A stretch of DNA of 64,000 nucleotides from Candidatus Enterosoma merdigallinarum. GTDB taxonomy: Bacteria > Bacillota_I > Bacilli_A > RFN20 > CAG-288. The stretch lies in assembly GCA_018714385.1 (NCBI GenBank), contig DVNL01000014.1:25959-89958 (forward strand). The letters are read 5' to 3'. Below, one piece after another: positions 1-8,791 of this stretch. The notes below the pieces were generated by a model. That model was given only the letters and a program-made list of their open reading frames with translations, was not told the origin of the DNA and ran no database searches. Each line of letters opens with the position of its first letter. Within the stretch, counting starts at the first letter, position 1. Made by a program: the position numbers and the translations under genes.

Positions 1-2748
1 GAAAGAGACCCTCCTTTCGTCGAGGAATGCCGGCCACAGGACTTGCGGCAAGCCATATAACCTATTGAGGACATAGAAATCGCGCTTCACTGCGGAAGAG
101 GACGGGACGTTGTCCCTCAGAATTCGATCGATCAGAAGGAAAGAAGCCCTATCCTCCGAAGGCAAGAAGAAGTCCTTGCCCTCCGGCGTATCGCAATAGG
201 CATAGAAGAAATGGCCCGGGGCGACGAACAAGCCGCTTGAAGAATCCCGGAAAGAGAGGGCAAACCCCCGGATCCCACGATCGTTGTCCGCTTCGGATAG
301 AGGGTGGACTTCTTCTTTCATGGCATCGAAAACCCCTGTCCCGACAGACACGAGATAGGAAAGGGTCACCGGAGCGAATTCGTCCGAGAAATCCGCTCCC
401 GAAATCTGTCTTCCCTGTCTTCGATAAAAGTCCATCGCCTTCGTTCTGAGACCATAGCGTGCTTTCGCCAGATGAAACTCCAAGGACGTTCCGATGGCGG
501 CGCACTCGGGATCGACAAGGCAATCGACATCATGCCAGCGGGCATCCGGAAGAACAAGAACAGAGGAGGGGAGAGAACCATCCCCGACAAGATAGATGCC
601 TTCCCGCCACAAGGCCCGGGACGTCAGAAACTCCAAAAAACCAGGGACTTGGCACAATTCCGCCATTTTATCTTCCGAAAAGAAGTCGATGTCCTCCCGG
701 AAAGAAAGCTGAGGGACGACCTTTTTCGTCGGGTCTATTCCCAAACGCTCGAAGGCCTCTTTTCCAAGTCCGGTGACGAATGTCGCTTTCTCGAAAGGAT
801 CCGACGGATCGAGGAAGACCTTGCCGCGCCTTTCAAAAAAGCGCACGCCAAGATAGGACGGATTCTTTCCATGGAAGAAACGGTCATGGATGGCCTCCAA
901 GGAAGCCAAGGTTTCCCTTTCGCTTTCCGGGAAATAGAGATGTCCTTCCTCTTCGATGCAGATCGTCCTTTCCGTCATGAAGATCGACATGGACGGACTC
1001 TCTTCGTCTTCAATATCCATATAGCGCTGGCCGGATAAAGGCTGGACAGGAGAATCGATGTCCTTCTTGACATCCGGAAGACAATCCAGAAGGATCTCCT
1101 TGAGCAGATCGACGGCGAGGCCATTCAATTCCGAGACTTGGGAAGGATCGACATGGAAGAGATCTTCCGCGATGGTGAAGGAGGAATGGCCGTCGAGCAT
1201 TCTGCGGACGAATTCAAGGATCTGCAGATAGTTCCCTTCCTTGTCCTGGGAGAGAAGACGAAGCATCTCCCCGCCTTTTTTGTTTGTCTTTTCCTGGGCA
1301 AACAATCTGTCGATGAAAGGCTTCAAGAAAGCATAGGAAAGGGGATTCGAAATCTGCTTTTGTATCCCTTTCTCGAGATAGAGACGACAATCGAGATGAT
1401 CCAAGGAAAGGTCCTCATAGAGGAAGAAAATACCATGCCTGGCAAAAAGATAAGGCAAGAAATCGTAGGAATTTCTATCGGCAAGAAGAACCTCGCCGAA
1501 GTCGTCTAGAACCAAAGCGGGAAGGCCGCTGGAAAGATAGTCGAAATCGTCGACGTCCTGGAACAAACGGACAAAGGCCTCGGCATCCCCTCTTCGGAAG
1601 GAAAAATAACGGACGCTTTCCAAGGCGGGATAGGGGACTCCCATCCATCTCAAGAAAAGCTCCGGATAAGGTGTCATCCCCTTCTTCTCAAAATGGAAAC
1701 GAACCGCATCAAAGGCTATTTTCAAACCGGCGATATCTTGTCTTGAAAAGCAATATTTTCCTTGTTTTTCATGGATCTCTCGTTTCCCGTCTTTATTTAT
1801 TATTTGAAGGTCGCTTGTCGCATGCATAATGAAGTTTGACCCGACATAGAAATAGCGATAACGATAAGGGAACCATCCGGAGTCGTGGTCCAAGACCGTC
1901 CTTTTGAACAGGGGCATGATGCCGTACTGCCTTACAAAGAAAGTGTTGACCATATCCTTGAGAAGGGCCGAAAAATAGTTTCTCAAGATCAACTTCGCTC
2001 CAAAACGAACATCATCGAGTTCTCCCCTGTCGTTTCTGAAGGCAAAGCGGATCCTCTCCTGCGGGGACATCCCGTCGACGAATGCCGCATAGCGCCTAAA
2101 TCCCTTCGCATCGAAATCCGTCCCGGGGATTCTAAAGTCCAAAAAGAGCTTGCTCGGCGAGACCTTTTCCAAGAATTCTTTCGGGGCCTTGTCCGGATCG
2201 ATAAAGACGGGATAGTCCGGGAACGATTCGATGTCGTCGGAAATCAGCTTTTCCACGTTGGGGAAATAGATTCCTTTCGACACAAGGTAATTGCAAAGCC
2301 CGACCACGCAGTAGTCATTCCCTCTGAGGATGTCGTAAGTGACAGCCTTTCGATCGATCTCGCCATATCCGAAGAAAAGGCCTTCCTCGAAGGTGATTCT
2401 TCCCAAGACGGCATCCGGCGTCAGCCAAATGGGGTTTCCTGCGCCATCCCTGGCCTGGAAGACCTCGACGGGGAGGCCGAGGACCTGCTGGAAACAGAGC
2501 AGCGTATTGCTCTCTTCGTCGGCAAGGCCGAATTGAGCATCAAAGACAGGATACGTCTTTTCCTTGAGGATGAATTCCTTATAGAAGCAAAGACGCTCTC
2601 TCAGGGAAGCCTCCTCTTCCTTGGCCATGTGGAAAGAGCCGTCATCGCCGACATAGACGTCATAGAAGGCACCGGAAAGGACTTCCCGATAGCGTCCGTA
2701 GACATCTCTCTCCTTCGTGGTCAAAAACAGCTCCGGGTAGAATTCCAT
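1..2748 (-). CDS. Giant uncharacterised protein B, N-terminal >=916 aa (gene runs off the left edge of the window)
   Basis: Absent from the ORF track because it has no stop in the window. Manual translation from ATG 2748..2746 (MEFYPELFLTTKERDVYGRYREVLSGAFYDVYVGDDGSFHMAKEEEASLRERLCFYKEFILKEKTYPVFDAQFGLADEESNTLLCFQQVLGLPVEV...) stays open to position 1 (...PAFLDERRVSF). The + ORFs 304-1038, 1138-1509 and 1885-2778 are its codon-aligned antisense shadows. It starts 4 nt after the stop of the preceding gene. Confidence 0.75.
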   Translation of the reverse strand, partial: MEFYPELFLTTKERDVYGRYREVLSGAFYDVYVGDDGSFHMAKEEEASLRERLCFYKEFILKEKTYPVFDAQFGLADEESNTLLCFQQVLGLPVEVFQARDGAGNPIWLTPDAVLGRITFEEGLFFGYGEIDRKAVTYDILRGNDYCVVGLCNYLVSKGIYFPNVEKLISDDIESFPDYPVFIDPDKAPKEFLEKVSPSKLFLDFRIPGTDFDAKGFRRYAAFVDGMSPQERIRFAFRNDRGELDDVRFGAKLILRNYFSALLKDMVNTFFVRQYGIMPLFKRTVLDHDSGWFPYRYRYFYVGSNFIMHATSDLQIINKDGKREIHEKQGKYCFSRQDIAGLKIAFDAVRFHFEKKGMTPYPELFLRWMGVPYPALESVRYFSFRRGDAEAFVRLFQDVDDFDYLSSGLPALVLDDFGEVLLADRNSYDFLPYLFARHGIFFLYEDLSLDHLDCRLYLEKGIQKQISNPLSYAFLKPFIDRLFAQEKTNKKGGEMLRLLSQDKEGNYLQILEFVRRMLDGHSSFTIAEDLFHVDPSQVSELNGLAVDLLKEILLDCLPDVKKDIDSPVQPLSGQRYMDIEDEESPSMSIFMTERTICIEEEGHLYFPESERETLASLEAIHDRFFHGKNPSYLGVRFFERRGKVFLDPSDPFEKATFVTGLGKEAFERLGIDPTKKVVPQLSFREDIDFFSEDKMAELCQVPGFLEFLTSRALWREGIYLVGDGSLPSSVLVLPDARWHDVDCLVDPECAAIGTSLEFHLAKARYGLRTKAMDFYRRQGRQISGADFSDEFAPVTLSYLVSVGTGVFDAMKEEVHPLSEADNDRGIRGFALSFRDSSSGLFVAPGHFFYAYCDTPEGKDFFLPSEDRASFLLIDRILRDNVPSSSAVKRDFYVLNRLYGLPQVLWPAFLDERRVSF

Positions 2749-2752
2749 TTTT

Positions 2753-5700
2753 CTAGCCCCCCAAGATCTCTTCCTTGAAGAGATAAGAATCGACAAGCTT
2801 TCCGACGAGGAACGTGAAGAAGCCGAGGATGCGATTCATCACCGGCTCGACATCTGTATGCCTCTCCCTCAGAACCGGGAAGAAAGAAAGGAGAAGCTCA
2901 CGCAACGTCTGTTCCCTCCCGACGGCCTCGAAGAAACGGACAAAGATCGACCGATCCGAACCATAGGCGGCAAGAATAAGAGTCGAAGCCTCCTTGGAAA
3001 ACTGATCGCCGCCGGACTTTGAGACGAATGTCTTCAAAAGGCTCTGAAGGAGACCGTCGCTAGGCATGAGAGAGGAAGACAATGTCGTCGGAATGCCCAA
3101 CGTGGAATAGAGGAAATAAGGAATCTTCCTGTCGAGGAAGGCATCCAGGCTATAGACATAGTTCGGTTCATAAAGGACATCCCTGGGAAGGACGAAGTAG
3201 GGGAGGAGAAATCCGTCTTTCGCCATCGCGTTCCGCATGGAGACAAACTCGGCATCCCTTCCCTCTTTCCGAGGAAGCATGGAAAGAAAAGGATAATAAG
3301 GGTTCAAGCTTGGGACGGCCTTCTTCTGACAGCGATGGCATATCCCGCTTTCAAAGCGCAGCCTCGACATCAAGACATCCACGTTGGTCTCATTCAGAGG
3401 AAAGTCCCTCAGGGCATGGACGGCAGCAAAAGGAAGGCCGGCCAGGCCGAGGACAAGGACCGTCAGAAGGCACGGATCCATGTCCCTTTGTCCATAGCTG
3501 CGCAAGGCCATCTCGATCAGATCCTTCATCGCCTTCTTGTCGCTCTCGCAGAAAAGAGGGACTTCATCGGGAGAATCGGCATAGCCGTCGAAGACGCGGC
3601 CAAGGAAGACATAGGGATGCGGCAGTCCGGAAACATAGACGGCATCGACATAGGTGTCCGTCTCAAGACCGGGTATCGAAAGCGCCCCCTCTTTGTAGGC
3701 ATAGGAAACGGAAAGGCGATTGTAAAAGAAAGCAAGTCGAGAGAAGATCCAGGGATTGTCAAGGATAATACCATACAGATCCGGCGTGCAGGAGAATAAT
3801 GCCGAACGAATAGAGGCGATATCATTTTTCAAGAAGTCCAGGATAGAGTCGGTAATATCCATCCATTGGAAATAGGGGGTGAAGAAGCAGGAGAATATCG
3901 CCATCAATGTCGTGGAATCCAATTCGACGTATTTCCTGAGAGCCGGAGCGCTCTTCTTTTCATCGACGTCCAGGATCCCGCGATAAGTCTTGTTGACGAT
4001 GCTTTCATAGAGGTCTCGCGCGCCGAGCTCCTCATTCCGGATCTCACCGATATGAAGGCCTTTCTTCGAGGCGCTTGCCCGTACATAGGTAAACATCTCG
4101 TTTCGCCTCGAGGCCGGGTTGGGGAAGATGACCTCATGATAATCCGGGACGGCATCGTTGCAGAGATGGCAGACATGATCCCGATAAAGGATCTGGGAGG
4201 AAAGTTCCTTCCGGCAATCCATCCTGTGATAGACGTTCTCGGGAAGCCCGAGATGGTTCAGAATGTAGAGATTCCGGCGGACGATCCCTTCCTCTCCCTT
4301 CCCCTTTGCCTGATGGAAGGAATCAAACCGCCTGCCATAGAAAGCGATCCTCTCTTCGATAGCCTCCTTCTGGCAAGAACAGAGGACCGGCTTGGCAAAA
4401 TAGCTCTCCCGGAAGGAGTAGGCCGTCTGGCCATAAACGACATAGGGCAAGGGAAGATCGGGCTCATAGGTCTCCGTCGGCTTGGTCAGACAATCCAGAA
4501 GAGACAGGATATACGTGTCCTTCTTCCGGATGGCCTGTTTCCGAAAGTCGCTCCGGACGATGGAAAAGAGGCTTGAGAGAACATAGGCGAAGAAAGGATA
4601 GGTCTCCTTGTCCATCGGCCTGCGGACATGGAAGTAGGCGAGAGTGGCATCCGTCGCCTCCTGGGCGGTGGCGTCCGAGAAAGAAGACAGATAATAGGAC
4701 AAAGCCGTGCCCAGGGACTTCTTGTCCAGTTCCTGCAGCAGTTTGAGAAGGGCAGGGAAATTGTCTTCCCCGCGCTGGAGGCAATAGGAAAGATAGTATT
4801 TCTCCACAAGCGAGCAGGAAGGCCTGTCAAGAAGGGAAGAAAGCTCAGGACATCTCTTCGCCGGAAAAATCTTGATGGTGATCCTTTCCTGAATGCCGTC
4901 CTGCCTCGAAAGATAGTAGACTCCCTGGTCGAGAAGCCGGCGGAGAAGGAAGGCAAGAAGATGCCTCCGATTTCCGGGAACGTAGGAATAGTTCCAATCG
5001 AACCGTTTGACGGAAAGGAAAACCTCCCTCTCGTCGACCCCGTCTTGGAACGGGAGCTTGGAAAAGAGATTTTTCGACGTCAGCGAAGGATCGTCCTGTA
5101 TCATGCGAAAGCCTTCGAAGGGAAGGCCGAGCCGGGAATAGAGAAGAACCGGAGAAAGGTTCTTTTCGCTTTTGAGAGCATCCTTGTATAGAAAATGGAT
5201 TCTCTTCCTGTCTTTCTTGGAAAAGAAGAAATGTTCGCCGTCCTTCGAATACATCTCCGCATGGTAGGAAGAAAGGCTGTACCAAGGTCCGTCCTTTTCT
5301 TTCCGGACGGTCAAATAGGACAGTTTGTTGGTATAGACGTTCACGACATCGCGGAAATAATCGTCATAGAGCATGTTGACGATGGCGATGACGTATTTCC
5401 TCAGAAGAACGGCATAGGCCTCATTTCGAGAAGGATCGTCGGCAAGCTTGGAAAGCCTGGGGTCGGGGATGCGATCGATAAAATAAAGCACCTGCTCGTT
5501 TAGAGAAAAAGCGTCGAACCGGCGCATATATTCCAAAAAGGAAGCATCGCATTCGCCTTTCATCAGATCAATGGCAACGCGAGCGCCAGAAAAAGAGGCA
5601 TAGGGCTTCAAAATCTTCGAGTCGATCCTCTTTTCATCGAAGAAGACGGGATACTGGGGATCGTTGAAACGCAAGAACCTTTTCGTCTCGTCATAAAGGA

Positions 5701-6145
5701 AGAAAACACCCCTCGAAAGAAGATAGACCTTGAAATCGTCTACCATCCATTTCTTCCCGAGCATGGAAAAGACAGAGAAGTAGCTGTCCCGCTTGAGACG
5801 GAAGAGTCCCTTCCGGAAATGGAGCTGGGAGAGGATATCCTTTCCTAAATCCAGATCGTCGAAAACGACATCCGGAAGACCGAGGACCTGTTTGAAGACC
5901 CGTCTCTCCGTGCCCTTCAGATAGGTCGTCTCCCCTTTCTGGACATAGGGATACATGGCCATGTTGGCGATATGCTCGTCATAGAAAAACAAGGCTTCCT
6001 CGATGCTTTTCTTGTCATCGCTATCGAAGTAGTAGAGCCCGTCATCGGCCAAAAAAGCCACATGATAGAATCCGAAAAAGGCCGCATCGTACCCTTTGAC
6101 GGAATGAAGCTCGATTTTCGTGCCAGGAGGAAGGATCTGGCTCAT
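2753..6145 (-). CDS. Giant uncharacterised cytoplasmic protein A (1130 aa), paralogous to protein B at the N-terminus
   Basis: 1139-aa ORF in the track whose first codon is GTG. The preferred start is ATG 6145 (MSQILPPG...), preceded by AAGGAGG and forming an ATGA overlap with the stop of the protease gene. No signal peptide, TM segment or known catalytic motif recognised. Contains an internal duplicated Cys/CHxC module. Confidence 0.8.
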   Translation of the reverse strand: MSQILPPGTKIELHSVKGYDAAFFGFYHVAFLADDGLYYFDSDDKKSIEEALFFYDEHIANMAMYPYVQKGETTYLKGTERRVFKQVLGLPDVVFDDLDLGKDILSQLHFRKGLFRLKRDSYFSVFSMLGKKWMVDDFKVYLLSRGVFFLYDETKRFLRFNDPQYPVFFDEKRIDSKILKPYASFSGARVAIDLMKGECDASFLEYMRRFDAFSLNEQVLYFIDRIPDPRLSKLADDPSRNEAYAVLLRKYVIAIVNMLYDDYFRDVVNVYTNKLSYLTVRKEKDGPWYSLSSYHAEMYSKDGEHFFFSKKDRKRIHFLYKDALKSEKNLSPVLLYSRLGLPFEGFRMIQDDPSLTSKNLFSKLPFQDGVDEREVFLSVKRFDWNYSYVPGNRRHLLAFLLRRLLDQGVYYLSRQDGIQERITIKIFPAKRCPELSSLLDRPSCSLVEKYYLSYCLQRGEDNFPALLKLLQELDKKSLGTALSYYLSSFSDATAQEATDATLAYFHVRRPMDKETYPFFAYVLSSLFSIVRSDFRKQAIRKKDTYILSLLDCLTKPTETYEPDLPLPYVVYGQTAYSFRESYFAKPVLCSCQKEAIEERIAFYGRRFDSFHQAKGKGEEGIVRRNLYILNHLGLPENVYHRMDCRKELSSQILYRDHVCHLCNDAVPDYHEVIFPNPASRRNEMFTYVRASASKKGLHIGEIRNEELGARDLYESIVNKTYRGILDVDEKKSAPALRKYVELDSTTLMAIFSCFFTPYFQWMDITDSILDFLKNDIASIRSALFSCTPDLYGIILDNPWIFSRLAFFYNRLSVSYAYKEGALSIPGLETDTYVDAVYVSGLPHPYVFLGRVFDGYADSPDEVPLFCESDKKAMKDLIEMALRSYGQRDMDPCLLTVLVLGLAGLPFAAVHALRDFPLNETNVDVLMSRLRFESGICHRCQKKAVPSLNPYYPFLSMLPRKEGRDAEFVSMRNAMAKDGFLLPYFVLPRDVLYEPNYVYSLDAFLDRKIPYFLYSTLGIPTTLSSSLMPSDGLLQSLLKTFVSKSGGDQFSKEASTLILAAYGSDRSIFVRFFEAVGREQTLRELLLSFFPVLRERHTDVEPVMNRILGFFTFLVGKLVDSYLFKEEILGG

Positions 6146-7728
6146 TGGGCCTCCTTGAAATGGAGGACGCACGAATCCCCATCAAGAGATTCGACCTCGA
6201 AACCATATCGAGGAACGCTTCCATCATCAAATTTGAAATCGTCAAACGTCTCTTCCGGCAAGAAGAACGCATCCCCCTCCTGGAAAAGAGAGGAGTTTCC
6301 AGCCATCGTAACATTGGACTCGAATGTTGTCTTCCTGCCGTCGGCAGAAAGAAGGGAAATCAATCTGCCGCGATAGAAAGGAGACTCGGAATCGTCCATG
6401 CTGGTATCCAGGCAATAGGAACGCGTATTGGAATAGATGTAATAGAACAAAAAGTTGCCGCTGTCCTCCAAAGCATCGGAAATCTTGTCGTAGCATTCCC
6501 CATTCCACTTGAATCCCATATCGGAGAGCCTGTCGGGAATCATCTTGCCGACACGGGAATCGACATGATAGACGAGTATGCCGGACTGGGAGAACATCTT
6601 GAGATTGTTGTAGGCAACCCTCGAGTCCATGGAGTTGACGCCATCCGGCGTATAGTATTCCAGGATGAGATATTCATCGAAGGCCGTCCCGTTGTAGTCT
6701 ACTTCCCCTTCCTTCTCGATAGGGAGTATGAGACAGTCGCCATAGTTGGCAAAGGAATCCAGGGTCAGACGATAATCGCTTGCCTTCAAGGTCTCCTCCG
6801 TGACGACGATCGGATCGACCCAGTCGAGGACGAACTTGGAATAGGCATCGTGATCGCCGATATTGTAGTCCATCATCACGGCGCCTCCGGTCGGCGAATC
6901 CATGTTTTCAACCATGTCAGCATCATAGGAATAATAGTCATCGAGTCCCATGAGATGTCCTGTCTCGTGCACGAAGGTATGGGCATCGCCGTTTGTCGTC
7001 GATGTGCTCGTCGAAAAGCTGTTCCGGGTCAGAAAGTCGACGGACGCCCAGGAATAGGAAGAAGCAGAATAACCGGAGAAATCATTCTCTCGTCCTCCCA
7101 CTGCCCAAGTCGTGAAAGCCCAGAAGAGATCCGACCCCTCGTCATACGAGGCGGAATAGACCATCCAAACAGCATCGAGATAGCCATCGCCATTGGCATC
7201 GAAACGGCTGAAGTCCATCCCGTTGTCTTCCAAGACACGCAAGGCGGAAAAGAGAATGTCCTGGGTCAGCTCCGACGTCCCTTCCCTCTTCGCCCGTTCC
7301 GCGACTTCCGCGGCGGTGATGTCAAAGTGGATGACATCGCTCACCTCGCCATCGATTTCAAGCTTGCCATAGCTTGACTTGTCATAATAGGACCGGACAG
7401 ATTCCCATGAGGTTTCATCGCTGTCGCCGAAAAAGGTCTTTTCCATCCGGGTCAGTTCGACCTGGCTGAAGGGACAGTCGGAGAATTCGATCGGAAGCAC
7501 GAGGATCGAGCTTCTGCCCGTGGACGGCATGAAGACCTGACCATTCCAATAGCCGAGATTGGTGACATTGAGATTCTCGGAGCGATAGTCCGAGGGATAG
7601 TCCGGCTCACGGAAAACGGCATCCTCCCCAGGATTTCCGGAGCTGGAAGAGCCTTGGAAAAAGAGGCAGGATGAAAGGATGGGCAAAACGAACAAAAGCG
7701 AGAAAAATGCTTTCTTTTCCTTTTTCAT
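6142..7728 (-). CDS. Zinc metalloprotease lipoprotein, M6 (immune inhibitor A-like) type
   Basis: HExxH motif in HTFVHETGHLMGLDDYYSY resembles the M6-family HExGHxLGLPDxY. The N-terminus MKKEKKAFFSLLFVLPILSSC has a signal peptide plus lipobox. Start moved to ATG 7728, which has GGAGA upstream; the track start at 7794 is over-extended. Confidence 0.7.
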   Translation of the reverse strand: MKKEKKAFFSLLFVLPILSSCLFFQGSSSSGNPGEDAVFREPDYPSDYRSENLNVTNLGYWNGQVFMPSTGRSSILVLPIEFSDCPFSQVELTRMEKTFFGDSDETSWESVRSYYDKSSYGKLEIDGEVSDVIHFDITAAEVAERAKREGTSELTQDILFSALRVLEDNGMDFSRFDANGDGYLDAVWMVYSASYDEGSDLFWAFTTWAVGGRENDFSGYSASSYSWASVDFLTRNSFSTSTSTTNGDAHTFVHETGHLMGLDDYYSYDADMVENMDSPTGGAVMMDYNIGDHDAYSKFVLDWVDPIVVTEETLKASDYRLTLDSFANYGDCLILPIEKEGEVDYNGTAFDEYLILEYYTPDGVNSMDSRVAYNNLKMFSQSGILVYHVDSRVGKMIPDRLSDMGFKWNGECYDKISDALEDSGNFLFYYIYSNTRSYCLDTSMDDSESPFYRGRLISLLSADGRKTTFESNVTMAGNSSLFQEGDAFFLPEETFDDFKFDDGSVPRYGFEVESLDGDSCVLHFKEAQ

Positions 7729-7729
7729 G

Positions 7730-8071
7730 TCAATCTCCATAGTCCGATCCGCGGCTCTTGTCCTCGACGAGGACACGGGCCTGATCGGCGACATCGATGG
7801 CCGTCAGATAGATGGCATGCTCCGTCTCCACCAACGGGTTGTCCTCCTGGCCGATGAAGACGACCTTCCGATTCTTCCTCACGATCTCGTCCATCTTGTC
7901 GAGGATGGCCTGATACCCCTCCGGTCGGAGCATTTTGTATCCCTGGAGATACGTATAGAATTGCGGCTCGACGTAAAAGATGGAGCCATCCGGATTGCGA
8001 TAGCACGTCGCAAAGCGATTGCGAAGGTCGATCAGGACTTCGCGATCCTTCCATTCTTCATAGTGTTTCAT
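7730..8071 (-). CDS. Hypothetical protein, 113 aa
   Basis: Starts MKHYEEWKDREV... with a strong GAGGAGGA RBS. The stop is 1 nt before the protease ATG, and the ATG is 1 nt after the upstream stop. No family recognised. Confidence 0.6.
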   Translation of the reverse strand: MKHYEEWKDREVLIDLRNRFATCYRNPDGSIFYVEPQFYTYLQGYKMLRPEGYQAILDKMDEIVRKNRKVVFIGQEDNPLVETEHAIYLTAIDVADQARVLVEDKSRGSDYGD

Positions 8072-8072
8072 A

Positions 8073-8447
8073 TCAATCCTCCTCGGTGCCTTGCAGACAA
8101 CACAAGGCATTCTCTATCGACTCGCCGATCCAGACGAAGTCCCTTCTCAGCGATGCCATGCGAACCTCTGCCATCGCTTCTTGACACGTCTTGCCGATGG
8201 CGGCCAAAAGCCTGCCATCGACAATGCCGTCATCGTCCGTCATGGCGAAGGCCTCAAGCATGGCCATGCCTCTTTTTATCTCCACAATCCTGTCCTTGAA
8301 TGCAAAGGCCTCGGAATAAGGCCTCTTTCCCTTTTGCTTTCTCGTCATCAACTTGCAAAGCATGGCAAGAACAGGAAGAAGAGACAATGCCATCTTCTTT
8401 TTGTCGCAATCGGTTTGTCGTGAAAGAAAGCAATAGTTGTCTTGCAT
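8073..8447 (-). CDS. Hypothetical protein, 124 aa
   Basis: Starts MQDNYCFLSRQTDCDKKK... The first 110 codons of track ORF 8073-8777 overlap the upstream gene out of frame and are discounted. GGAGA lies upstream of ATG 8447. No family recognised. Confidence 0.55.
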   Translation of the reverse strand: MQDNYCFLSRQTDCDKKKMALSLLPVLAMLCKLMTRKQKGKRPYSEAFAFKDRIVEIKRGMAMLEAFAMTDDDGIVDGRLLAAIGKTCQEAMAEVRMASLRRDFVWIGESIENALCCLQGTEED

Positions 8448-8449
8448 TT

Positions 8450-8791
8450 TTATTCTCCGTCGATCATTTCGTATAATGTCAAAAGAAAATTTTTGTCGGC
8501 GATGAGTTGTCTTTTGACAACGCCTTTTGACTTCTCTATCATCCTTTCGACATAAGACAGGGAAAGCTGATAACCTTCCTTCGTCTTGGAAAGGATGTCG
8601 GAATCCTCCTCTTTCTGCCCACGAGATGCCGCAAAGGCCTTGGCGTCCCTTTCGGCCATTTCCAAAAAGAGCGCCGCCGCCTTTTCCCGCTCGTCTTCCA
8701 AAAGAGAACAGAAGGGCAACAAAGAGACAAAGCAGGCACAGCCGCAAAAATAGTCCGTCTCTTCCGATTCCAGACATTCAAGGATCGTCAT
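8450..8791 (-). CDS. Hypothetical Cys-rich protein, 113 aa
   Basis: Starts MTILECLESEETDYFCGCACFVSLLPFCSLL... The ATG forms an ATGA overlap with the sirtuin stop (8788-8791), and GGAGGG lies 5 nt upstream. Codon usage looks genuine. Confidence 0.6.
   Translation of the reverse strand: MTILECLESEETDYFCGCACFVSLLPFCSLLEDEREKAAALFLEMAERDAKAFAASRGQKEEDSDILSKTKEGYQLSLSYVERMIEKSKGVVKRQLIADKNFLLTLYEMIDGE

Noticed and set aside
304-2778. Plus-strand ORFs 304-1038, 1138-1509 and 1885-2778 at the left edge
   Set aside because: All three are in the frame that is the reverse complement of the long minus-strand ORF running from 2748 off the window edge. That ORF has genuine-looking codon usage and paralogy to the upstream gene, so the plus ORFs are shadows.
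8448-8777. N-terminal 110 codons of track ORF 8073-8777. Similar 5' over-extensions occur in ORFs 6142-7794, 15878-16465, 23417-24799, 34352-36436, 37280-37975, 41743-44619, 44408-45193, 46927-47655, 47355-47852 and 59856-60911
   Set aside because: The extensions overlap upstream genes out of frame, lack homology-like sequence and precede internal starts that have good Shine-Dalgarno sites. Starts were moved accordingly.
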